NCBI RefSeq assembly: GCF_963676685.1
Contig: NC_092344.1
Coordinates: forward strand, 95,542,001-95,606,000
Length of the DNA: 64,000 bases
Reading direction: 5' to 3'
Origin: Mytilus edulis
Taxonomy: Eukaryota
Shown: positions 10,901 through 22,900 of the stretch, piece after piece
How the letters are laid out: the number at the start of each line of letters is the position of its first letter
Numbering within the stretch: position 1 is the first letter of the stretch
Made by a program: the position numbers and the translations under genes
The notes under the pieces: model-generated
Databases searched by the model: none
What the model was told of the DNA's origin: nothing
What the model saw: the letters and a program-made list of their open reading frames with translations, nothing else

Positions 10901-13900
10901 GCTTCACAAGAGAGAAGAACCAGTGAAAAAAACAAAATCCTAAGCTCATCTTAATTATAACTATCAACTACAAATCTTCATGTGTTTTAAATTGTATATA
11001 TTGTATATATTTCTTTGTTTACTTTGTACTATAAACATAGACTGTGTTTATCAAGTGAACAAAATTGTAATTTGTGAATGTGATGTCTATATTGTAGATA
11101 GCATACATTCAAAAGAGAAATATCAGAATAGTTGTTTATTTAAAAATGTAGTAAATACAGCATATATGAAATTATTTGTAAATGAAAAATGTATAGACTA
11201 TGAATATAAAGGTGGTAAATCTTCTTGGATAAAAAATATTGTTCCATGCACATCTAAAACAAATGAAAATTGCTTAATTGGTTGGAGCACTAAATTAACG
11301 AAATGCAGTATTCATAGACACACTTTAATCCTTTGTCATAATATATTCTTGGAATCAAGTAAAAAACAGCCAGTCTTGAAGTATAAAAGTACAGTTTCGG
11401 TAAATGACAATCTTCCGATGTTCTTTTCTTCAGGATACGAACATATTTCTACACAGTTATTTTTTATAAACATTAACGAAACAGCCAAAAATATCCAACT
11501 GTTCTTGAACTTAGATATCACACACTTCTTTGTTGTGCACATATTTCCAGAATTAAGCACTTCTAGTAAAGTCATTTGGCTAACAACATTCTGTGACACG
11601 ATTAATTCCATATCTGTAAAAAAATATAAAAGTTGTAAATACAAAAGAACCACCCGCGCTATCAAAATTACAGTAAATGACAATGCTAATGTTTACAAAA
11701 TACAAGACGTTTTCAGAAAGTCAGTAATGAAACTAAAAATAGAAATTAACTTTACCTGTGCTATTTATAGGTCTAAAAATAACTACATGTTTATCTGGGT
11801 CACGATACATAGAACAGGTTTATACATTTTGCTAGATTTAAATAAATCGTTTAAGAGATCAACAATTAAACTTCTTTAATACTATAATGAAAACAAAAAA
11901 CTTCCACATTTGCTCACTTAATTGTCAAGGTTTAGCGAGAAAGGAAAAGCGCTTTAGATTATTCTCTTGGTTTCAACAGCAGAAATGCGACATTTTAATG
12001 GCACAAGAAACTCACTTGTCAAAAGATTTGATAAAGCAAATTAACAATGAATTCCATGGCAAACATCTTCACAGCCTAGGCACAACAAATTCAAGGGGAG
12101 TTTCTTACTTTATTAATAAATCACTAGACTTTAAATTAATTAATGAATTTTGTGATAAAGAAGGGAGAATTATTATAATTAATATAGAAATTCAAGATAA
12201 GATTTTTACCTTAGTAAACTTGTATGCACCTAATGAAGTTCATGCAAGAAACCAATTTTATAAAAAAGTAAGTAAATTAATTGAAGAACACACTCTTGGT
12301 GCTCTAATAGTAGGGGGAGATATGAATGATTTACTCTCAGCTTTAGATACAAAGAACAATAAATTACATAAAAAGTTAAAAAAGCCAGTCAATGGTTTAA
12401 AACAATTAATTAAAACACATAAATTGATAGACATTTGGAGACAATTAAATAAAGATAAAAAACAATTCACATGGAAAAGAAAAAATTCTACAAATGAAGC
12501 TAGTAGAATAGACTTCTTTATAATATGCACACAAGCACGCCTAAGTACTGTATCTGCTGATATCAGGCCTGCACAAATTTCATTCACAGACCACCAGGCT
12601 ATTTCGCTTAAATTAGACATTTATGCAAATAATCGGGGTAAAGGATATTTTAAAATGAATAACAGTATATTGACTGATACTCAGTACAATAAACTAATAA
12701 ATAAGTTAATTGAAAAGTATGAGCAAAATTTTAATCTTACAAATGTCCTAAATCAGTGGGACCTGCTAAAAACTGACATAAGAGAGTCTACTATCCAATA
12801 CTGTAAATCAAAAGCCAGAGAAAGGAAAAATAATATTTTAATAATGGAAAACAAACTAAATCTTTTAAATGAAAGATTAGACAAATTACCTGATAGGAAA
12901 AATAATGAACTTTTTAATCAAATAAAAAATTTAGAAAAAGATTTAGAAGAGATATACTCTTTAAAAGCCAAAGGAGCCCAAGTTAGATCAAGAATAAAAT
13001 GGGTAGAGGAAGGGGAAAAAAATACTAAGTACTTTTTATCTCTAGAAAAAAATAGACAGGCTAAAAAATCTATTAATAAATTAATGACCAAAACCGGTGA
13101 GGTTACTGTTGATCAAAGTGAAATTTTAGATGTAAGTAAAGAGTATTATAAATCTCTGTACAAAAGTACATGTCCCGAAACTGAAATTTTAAAGACATAC
13201 ATAGAAAATACCCCCATTGATCATTCTTTAACTCCTTGTGAAAGCAAACAAGTGGATGGTAAATTAACTTTAGAAGAGCTAACATCTTCTATTTATAATA
13301 TGAAACTAAATAAGACTCCAGGCAAAGATGGCTTAACAGTTGAGTTTTATCGACAATTTTGGCCAAATTTAAAACATATTGTATTGAATGTTTCTAATAC
13401 ATGTTATGATAATGAAACTTTATCTGAGACCCAAAAGATTGGGATAATATCATTGATTTTTAAAAAAAATGACCCTTTGTCCTTAGATAATTACCGTCCA
13501 ATTACTTTATTGAATACTGATGTAAAACTTATTACATATACTTTAGCACAAAGACTAAAAAAAATCTTACCCCTAATTATACATAGAGATCAAAATGGTT
13601 ATGTTAAAAATCGATATATAGGATTTAACGTACGCCAAATTCAAGATATTATAGATTATGCTGAAAACTTTAATATTGATGGAGCTATACTATTTATTGA
13701 CTTTTCTAAAGCGTTCGATTCACTCGAATGGGACTTTATGCTGGAATCATTAAAAAAATTTGGATTTAATAAGTCTTTTCAAAAGTGGGTCAAAACACTT
13801 TACCATGATATAAAAGGATGTATTTTAAATAACGGGTGGATTTCTGAAACCTTCGGGATTCAACGGGGAATTCGACAAGGATGCCCTTTAAGCGCGTTAT

Positions 13901-16900
13901 TGTTTGTTTTATCAGTTGAAATACTGGCTTGTAGGATAAGGGATAATAATGATCTGAAAGGGATACAAATAAAAATTGATAAAAATACTCACAGCCTAAA
14001 AATCTCACAGCTAGCAGATGATACAACTCTCTTTCTAAGATCTAAAAATGAAATAAAAAATGCACTTAATTTAATAGAAACTTTTGGATCTTTTTCAGGG
14101 CTTAAACTTAATAGAAATAAAACAGAAGGTATATGGTTAGGTAAACTAAAACACTGCAAAGACAAATTTGAAAGTATCAATTGGAAAGATACGGTGAAAA
14201 GTCTTGGCATTTATTTTGGCCTGAACAAAAAAGAATGTGAAACAATAAATATAGAAAGACAGTTTGAAAAATCAGAAAGGATACTAAATGATTGGAAGAA
14301 AAGAAAATTGAGTATGATAGGAAAAATAACTATAATTAAAACACTAGTTATTCCCAATATAACATACGTTGCTTCATTGATAAATCTCAGCAGTGAAATT
14401 ATTAGTCAATTTAAAAAAATCTTATTTAATTTTTTATGGGAGGGTGGTAGCGAGAAAGTTAAACGCTCAGTGTTAAGAAAAGATTATATTGAAGGGGGAT
14501 TAAAAATGACAGATATTGACGCATACATTGAGGCTATTAAAATAAATTGGGTTAAAAGATTAACTGATGAAACTTGTGCTAACTGGAAAATCATACCTAC
14601 TTTTTATTTTAGAGAGTTTGGGGAAAATAATTTAATATTTAAAATGAATCTTAATACTCATAAGTCACTAGAAAACCTTAAAAACTTACCTACATTTTAC
14701 TTTGAAATTTTGAAATGTTGGATTAAAAATGGAGGTGGAAAGACGAAAGTACCTGATAATTATAGAGATATAAGAAAGCAAGTTATTTGGGGAAACCAAT
14801 ATATAAAAACAGGTGGTAAAAGTTTATATTATAGTAATTGGGTAAAGGAAAACATAATTTTTGTAAATGATGTAATTGATGATAAAGGAGAAATTTCTCA
14901 TAAAATATTAGATAAACTTAAAAAGAAACAAAATTGGATTTCCGAAATATGTTCCCTTCGGAAAGCTTTACCCAAAAGTTGGATCCAAAAATTAAAGAGC
15001 AATATATCAAAACATACTAAAATCAACATTACACAAGACATTAAAATGTTAAGTAATGGATTGTATTACGATCTAGACAAAATTAAGTTTAAAGAAATTT
15101 ATAATATTATTATCAGGTCAAATAAAGAGCTTCCAGTAGGTTTTTGCTCATGGAAAAACCAACTATCAGGTGAAAATGTTATATATTTCATTAAGAAAAA
15201 TTTATCTTTCACCTTTCTTTTTTTAAAAGATAATAGATTAAAAATGTTTAGATGGAAATTACTGCATAATATTTTAGCTATTAACCATAATTTGTATCGC
15301 TGGAAGGTAGTTAATAGTGAAAACTGTGAACTATGTTCTAAATCTGATAGCTATAATCATTTTTTCTTTGAATGCACATGGGTAAAAAATTATTGGACAT
15401 TTCTACACAAAATATTTATGTATCTTAATATTGGGCAACATGTTTTTTGTCTACAAAATCTTGTAGTAGGGTACAAAATTGAAGATGTGGATTATCATGT
15501 ACTTAATCATATTATAACAATTGTTTGCTTTGTGATTTATAAATGTTTTTATTTATCCGAAAAGAGAACCAAATATGTGAATATGATGTCAGTCCTAAAA
15601 AACGAAATTGATACACAAATTTTATATCATCCGGAAAATTCCTTTTTGAGAAAATTTCAAAGAAAAATTTTAGAAAATTGATTCTTTGGCTGTCATATTT
15701 ATAGTTGATTGACCTACATTTTTGAGAATCACAAAAATGTCATTGAAATAAAAAGAAGACAAATTTCTAACGAAATTGCCTTTTACTTTTTTTGTTTGAT
15801 TATCATATATAGTATATCATTCAATGTTTAGCGTACTTGAAAGATAAGACACTATCTAAAAACTACCATAATTCAATTATACTGACCTCTTAATCCGATC
15901 GAAACCATGCTCTTTCACTTTCGATTAATCCAAAACTAAAAGCTAAACAAAAGACGGTCAAAGTTCCGTTTTTCTTTTCATTGTGAAGTAAAGTACATGT
16001 TGTAGACAGCTATTACTCTGTTAATTGTAACTAACACGCAATACTACATGTATGTAAAATTATAAAAAGTTTACCAATAAAATCCCCTGGTTTTATTGGT
16101 AATTAACCATACAGGGCAGAACCTTAATGCCATTGTTGTAACATTAAGGAGATTTGTTAACAACTATTATCATAGTAAAATAAAGTATCTGAAGTTGTAA
16201 AAAAAAAAAAAAAAAAGACAATTCTTGAAATTAAGTATCACGCTTCATGTGTGCATGCTAGCCTGTATTATGTGTTACGTATTCACAGTCATTGCATCAC
16301 CTTCTATTTACTGTAAACTTATATATAAACCATTTGTCTTTTGCACAGTTTACACAAGTATTCCCCATTTCAAACTAATTGAAAGAGTTGGTATTGCTTT
16401 GTTTCATTAAAAAAAACCGGCCAACGTAGATACTAGTAACTTGTCTTGGGGAGGGATAAATCCTACTTTGTAAAGAATCACTCTGATTTAAACAAAAATA
16501 TTCTCTGAAACTGACACCATAAAGATGCTTGATATCTTGATTGAGAACATTTTTGCAACTTTTTGAGGACGTGCTTTTCAACAATCTATTGGCATTCCAA
16601 TGGGAACCAATTGTGCCCCTCTTCTTGCGGGCGTGTTCATCTATATTATTATGAGTCTGACTTCATACATGAACTTTTTAAGAAGAAAGATAAGAAGTTA
16701 GAAATATCCGTTAACTTTACTTTCAGCTATACAGATAGTGTTCTTTCACTTAATAATTCAAAATTTGGTGACTATGTTCAACGCATCTATCCCATCATAT
16801 AGAGACAAAGGAAACAAGTCTGTCTCATATCTTGAATTACATCTAGAAATTGACAATGAGGGTCGGTTAAAAACAAAACTTTTCGACACAAGAGATGATT

Positions 16901-19900
16901 TCAGCTTCCTAATTGTGAACTTTCCTTTTCGATGTAGCAAAATTACAGCAGCGCCTGCATACGGGGTAAATATCTCCCAATTGATACGAAATTTCCGGAC
17001 TTGTGTTTCCTATCATGATTTCCTTGATATAGCTTTACTGCTCACAAGGAAGTTATTAAACCAAGAGTTCTAAATGGTGAAGTTAAAATCATCCCTTTGT
17101 AAATTTTACGGACGCAACACGAGTTGGTTGACCGTTATGGAATTTACGTTTCACAGATGATATCAGATATGTTCCTTATGTCGTAACTACAATCCCGTTC
17201 CCTTTTCACTAATGTGACCTACTGAATTAGACTATTAACCGGATTTGTAATAACATGAGCAACACGATAGGTACCAAATGTGGAGCAAGGTCTGCTCACT
17301 CTCCCGGAGCACCTGACATCGTGTTAATTAGTCTTTAGTTTTCTATTTTGTGTCTTGTGTACTATCATTTGTCTGGCTGTCTTTTTATATTTTAGCCATG
17401 ACACTGTCAGTTTGTTTTCGATCTATGAGTTTGACTGTCCCTCTGGTATCTTTCGCCCCTCTTTTATAGCGGTATCATTATTTAGAAGTAGCATATTTCT
17501 GCGGGTTTATAATTATAAAATTATGTTTTTTAACCTTTGCAAATAACATATATACATTTGTCTAAATTTTATAGTCAAAGTAAAAATCTTACTGTCAGAT
17601 TTTGTTGAGAAAATTGCTGACCGAGCTCCAGGACTCCAATATGCGGACTTTGAAAGTTTACACTGTACTTGTACTATATACTGTGTTGCTGGCATCATAC
17701 TGCTGATGTTAACTATCATATTTTTTTGACGGATATTAAACATAACGGATTTCTAAAAAGAAAACCTACTACAGTTTCTAAAGTTGATATACATGATTTA
17801 AAATGATGATCTAATATGAACAGACGTTTTGAAAAAAAAACCACACTTCTGAGTTAGATATCAAACTTATGTTAAAAAGTAGAAATCAGATTTATTTTGT
17901 GAGTTTATTTGAATTAAATGTAATTTGTAATTTCTATTAGAATAGAGATACCCTGATAAATACGCTTTATTATATTAAAAGTCAACCACTGTTTTCATAA
18001 AAAAAAATCTGAACAACATATACTTACCTTTTCCCTACTCGTATTGGAAAAAGTTTCTACCAAACATGTGACATTAGTACTGAGATTGAAAGGCTTTGGG
18101 AGAATTGGCATTGTCCATGAAGCTTTTAATGTATCAACAGTGGTAGTAACACTCAGCTGCTTGACTGGATCTAGACATGCTTCAAATTATATTATTATTA
18201 GTTAGCTTTCATTTTACGATAAGGCTATTTTCATTTTGTCAAAATTAACTAAAAAATATCGTTGATGAATTATTCACTTTCAAGACAATAATTCGACTTT
18301 ATTGAATCCGTATTCACGTGGTTGATCTCTATTTATAGTTAAGCTTATATCGGGTTAAAGACCTTCTAAAGTCTTCAGAGTTATCATCTTGAGAGTTAAT
18401 TACTAAGTAGATGACGTCTAGACAAAAATACACATGAAATATACATGTACATATAATAAAGTCCATAAATGTTAATTGTTTATTTAAGACTTTTTGCAAT
18501 TTAGATATACGTTTTAGTATGTTCTAAATTAAATACTGGAACTTGAGTCAAATTGATGAGATTAAAACACTTTTATGCAATACATGTATTTATGTAATTG
18601 TAAATGTACAAAATCTATATCGACAGAATTTTACTTTGGTGAACTATTTTTTTAGTAATCTTACACGGAACAAGCATTTAAAAAAACTGCATGATTTCAT
18701 TTCTATGGTGATTGCAAAACATGGTCTTTGAATTGTTATATATTTGTGTTTTCGTTCAACGCCACTAAAACACCTCTAAACCTTATATTTACTTCATTAA
18801 AATAATTTTCAAAACTGTGTTGTCAATATATAACTTACTGATATTTTCTTGAATATATATTGATCGATTGAACTTAATTTCACCCCAGAGGTTCTGGGCA
18901 TGAAATGATAAAACCAGTTTATCATTTGGTGTTATTTCTGTTAGCTGTATGACACATCGACGACACAAGGAAATGTTTTTGTTATCATATCTAAGGTAAC
19001 ATAGTGAACTTCGACATTCTTGTTGCTTACAAGTATCTGAATCAGAAACACAACTTCCATGTGCAGAACTGAAACGAAAAATAAAATATTGCGCATAAAC
19101 AACAGGATATAATCATCATTCTCATAAAAGTACTATTTCCATATCAATATTGGCTCTTTTTTGGAATAAAAAACAATCCACCAAACACACGAGTAAGACT
19201 AAATAAATGTATTATTACATAATTCTAACAATAGTAATGAAAGCTTAAAATGATTTTTGCTGCTGCTGCTGATACTTATAATTTTTTTTCACTCACAAGA
19301 ATAAGATTGTAAATTATTGATCATTTTTCCTTAGGGTTTTATGGAAATGGCAAAACAACTTCACTACTTTTTGAATTGATAACTCTATACTTGGAGAGCA
19401 GAAAAAAACTTTTTTGATTTTGAAGCCCCCATTTACAAGCAAAAGATTTTAGTTTTACTTTTTCAAAATTGTTGTTTTCTGATCTCATCTATTATCCAAC
19501 AGCTTGATTATCTGCACTCTATCTCGACCAAATTACATTGTAAAAAGAACCCTGTCTCGCTCGTTTTTGACTTTATGGGATATCCAACCTTTTGGTTTTA
19601 CCTTTATTTGTATCTTCATCGTGGATTAACGATATTTGAAAATCGATAAACTGCTGCTGTCTCTAAATTGACAAAAAAAGTATATCCAATTCATTTAACA
19701 TCAATAATTAAACATTGGCCTTACATTGAAGAATACTTTACGCTCCATTGTATGCAGTCATCATCAGAACTCCAATTGCAATGTAATGTGCTATCACTTT
19801 TTAGAATACATTCTACTGTGATCATATCTTGTGGTTTTTCTAAAATAATTATAAAACAAACAATTATGGCTGCATGTCAATAATAGAGATAAAGGAATAG

Positions 19901-22900
19901 TTTAATATCTATCTTCGTGAAAACAGTTACTAGAATAAAACGATATAAAATCATCACTAAAAAATCCGTATACAAGACTTTATTAAAAACGACAAAAAAT
20001 GAAATGAATTCGAGATGTGTTTTATTTAAAACAAATGTCGCGTTTAAAGAAAATACACTTTAAATAAAATTTGTATTTGCCATTGCAATGAGTAACATGA
20101 CTTGTGCCAATAGAGAAATATATACCTTATTGGTTCAGATCAACCGAGTTCACCACTGGGTTTTTAGCAGGATTGTGATGAAACGAGTAACACAAAGTGT
20201 ACCACTAGAGGAAAAGCACTTACTTACACAAATATAAATGTTCTACCGCTCGAGCCACACCTATCTATCTTAATTAAGTTCTAAATACCCTCCTTGTTAA
20301 TTTCTAAATGTGAGTACAACAAAGGAAACAGAATTGGTATAAATGCGATCAAGATAGTCACACAACTGTAAACTATACTGCGTGTGAATATCAATAATAA
20401 TTTAGCGTTAAATTACAGGCTAGCTTCTTTATTGGAGACTCTTTTTTTTCTCAATTTGCTTAAGCCTCGGTCACACCTTACCGGATAGCTCGAACGGACG
20501 CCTAACGGATAACTTTTTTTCAATCCGTTCATGTCCGTTAGACGTCCGTTCTTATTGTTCTATATAATAAGAATGTTCTTATCCCGGGCATAAAAACAAT
20601 GCCGTATTTTGCGAAACCTTTTCAACTTTTGATCTTCAGTGCTGTACAACTTTGTACTTTTTTCACTTTCGATCTTTTATATCTGGGCGTCACTGGTGAG
20701 TCTTGTGTGGGCAAGGCGCGTTTTTGGCGTATTGAATTTTAAACCTGATGCTTTTTGTTATCTATTAATCATGTTTTTCTGTGTCTAATATGTTCTCCTA
20801 TTTATTTGTATTGTAGTCCTGTAATATTATGTTGTCATTTCAATGTTATATTTAACTTTGCCATTAAAGTGCGAGGTTTGGCATGCCTTAAAACCAGGTT
20901 CAACCCACCACTTTTATTCCCCTTTAAAAGTGTCCTGTACCAAGTCAGGAAGATGGTCATTGTTATATATTGTTCGTTTCTCTTTGTGTTGCATTTTAAC
21001 GTTGAGTCGTTTGTGTTTTCTCTTATTTTTGAGATATTGAGATAAGACGTGGCACGGTACTTGTCTATCCCAAATTCATGTATTTGGTTTTCATGTTACA
21101 TTTGTTATTCTCGTGGTGTTTTGTCTGATGATTGGTCTGTTTCTGTGTGTGTTGCGTTTCGATGTTGTGTCGTTGTTCTCCTCTTATATTTAATGCGTTT
21201 CGCTCGGTTTTGGTTTGTTACCCCGATTTTGTTTTTTGTCCATGGATTTATGAGTTTTGAACAGCGGTATACTACTGTTGCCTTTACTTATCCGTTAGAC
21301 GTCCGTTCATATCAGTTGCATGTCCGTTAAGCGTACGTTTTATCCGTCGGTGTCCGTTCTGTCCGATGGAAAATTTTGAGCATGTTCAAAACTTTGAACG
21401 GACGTCCAACGGATAAAATGTCCGTTGAACGTCTGTTAGGCGTCCGTTTTGTACGGTACTCGTTCGTTTCGTTTCCGTTTTGTATCCGTTACGTGTCCGT
21501 TATACATCCGTTGGAGGTCTGGAAGATAAATTCACCAACGGACTTCTACCGGACGTTTAACGGATAAAACGGATGAGAAACGGACTTCTACCGGACGTAT
21601 AACGGATAAAACGGATGATGAACTGATCTGAAACGGATAAATGCAAATTGAAAATTTCGCGTCAGAAATGCCAATTATTGCAGATTATGTCAGATTTCTT
21701 AAGGTTCATGAATTCTTATTATTCATAATCGATCTTAGTGTATAGGCACGTCTTCACAATCAAGCAGTTTTTATTCAGGCCAGACACTGCCCTTTGGCGG
21801 AATTTTGAAGAATAAACCAAAACCAGTTACACAGAAACATTTTGAATATATATGCGATTTACATGTATTATTATTGTCGTCTTTGATTTTTCCGTATATC
21901 TTGTCCATCCGTTTTAACCGGTACGCTTCCGTTAGGTGTTCGTTTTATGCGGTACTCGTCCGTTGGATGTACGTTCGACATCCGTTCTGTCCGGTACGTG
22001 TCCGTTTCTCGTACGTTGTATATCCGGTGTGTGTCCGTTATGCATCTGTTACACGTCCGTTTTATTCGGTCAGCACATCAACGGACTCCCAACGGATAAC
22101 AATGTTATCAACGGACAACTTTTATTTTCATCCGTTAGGCGTCCGTTCGTGCTATCCGGTAAGGTGTGACCGAGGCTTTACTTATATCGCAGATACAGGA
22201 AAAGTGACACATATAGCAACTAACTGATATAAATATTGAAACATGTTTAATTTTATTGACATCTACTTTTTTTCTGTAAAACTTGTATGTATACTTTTCA
22301 ATGTTGTAAACTCCATAAATTTACATAACAGCTACAAGTAGTGTGTACATAGTAGAGAGAACAGAATATATTTTACGGAGATATTACGCAGAAGATAAAT
22401 TACAAACAACGCGAAAAGTAGGAAGAAAAATAAGGCTTTGAGTTATAATGGTTCCATTATATCTAGAGCAATATGGGTTGACCTGGAAAGGGAAGCACAT
22501 TTAGCATTTCAATGCCAACGTATTTTTCTAGCGGTAAAAAAACGATTTTTAGTGTAATGATTTTTTTATTTCAATTTTCACCATGTAATTGGCTTAGCAG
22601 TCCATTTTTAATAAATAATCATCTAGTAAGTAAAATATTCACTACTACTAACTTACCACCAACAATAACTGGTATGCTTCCCAGATTTTTGCTTAAGTCT
22701 GCACAGTTTCCTGGGCAACAACAGTACCATTCTATTGTATTTTTGTCAACAAGACTTGTAACTTCTGCGGATAGCGAATGTTCCGATCGTTTGCTGGTAA
22801 CATTGAAGGCTGTTCTGTTTGAAATGCGAAACAAATCATAGTTCACGGCTGAGGTAAAACCTGTCGTATTACAGGTAACTTTGAATAAAGATTCTTTGCT

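Larger units (their letters stand above)
9804..16216 (+). mobile_element. Tx1/L1-clade non-LTR retrotransposon, 5'-truncated, recent, three ORFs
   Basis: TSD gacaattcttgaaattaa at 9786-9803 and 16217-16234; AATAAA at 16179; poly-A 16199-16216; CCHC ORF1 and uninterrupted APE-RT ORF2. Confidence 0.95.

Noticed and set aside
10330-14210. Short alternative-frame and antisense ORFs inside the Tx1 element (10330-10710, 11336-11683, 12258-12620 and others)
   Set aside because: Shadow frames of real coding sequence with no motifs.
20755-22227. Cluster of 60-140 aa ORFs
   Set aside because: They lie in low-complexity MITE and repeat sequence (tccgtt arrays) that is poor in stop codons.
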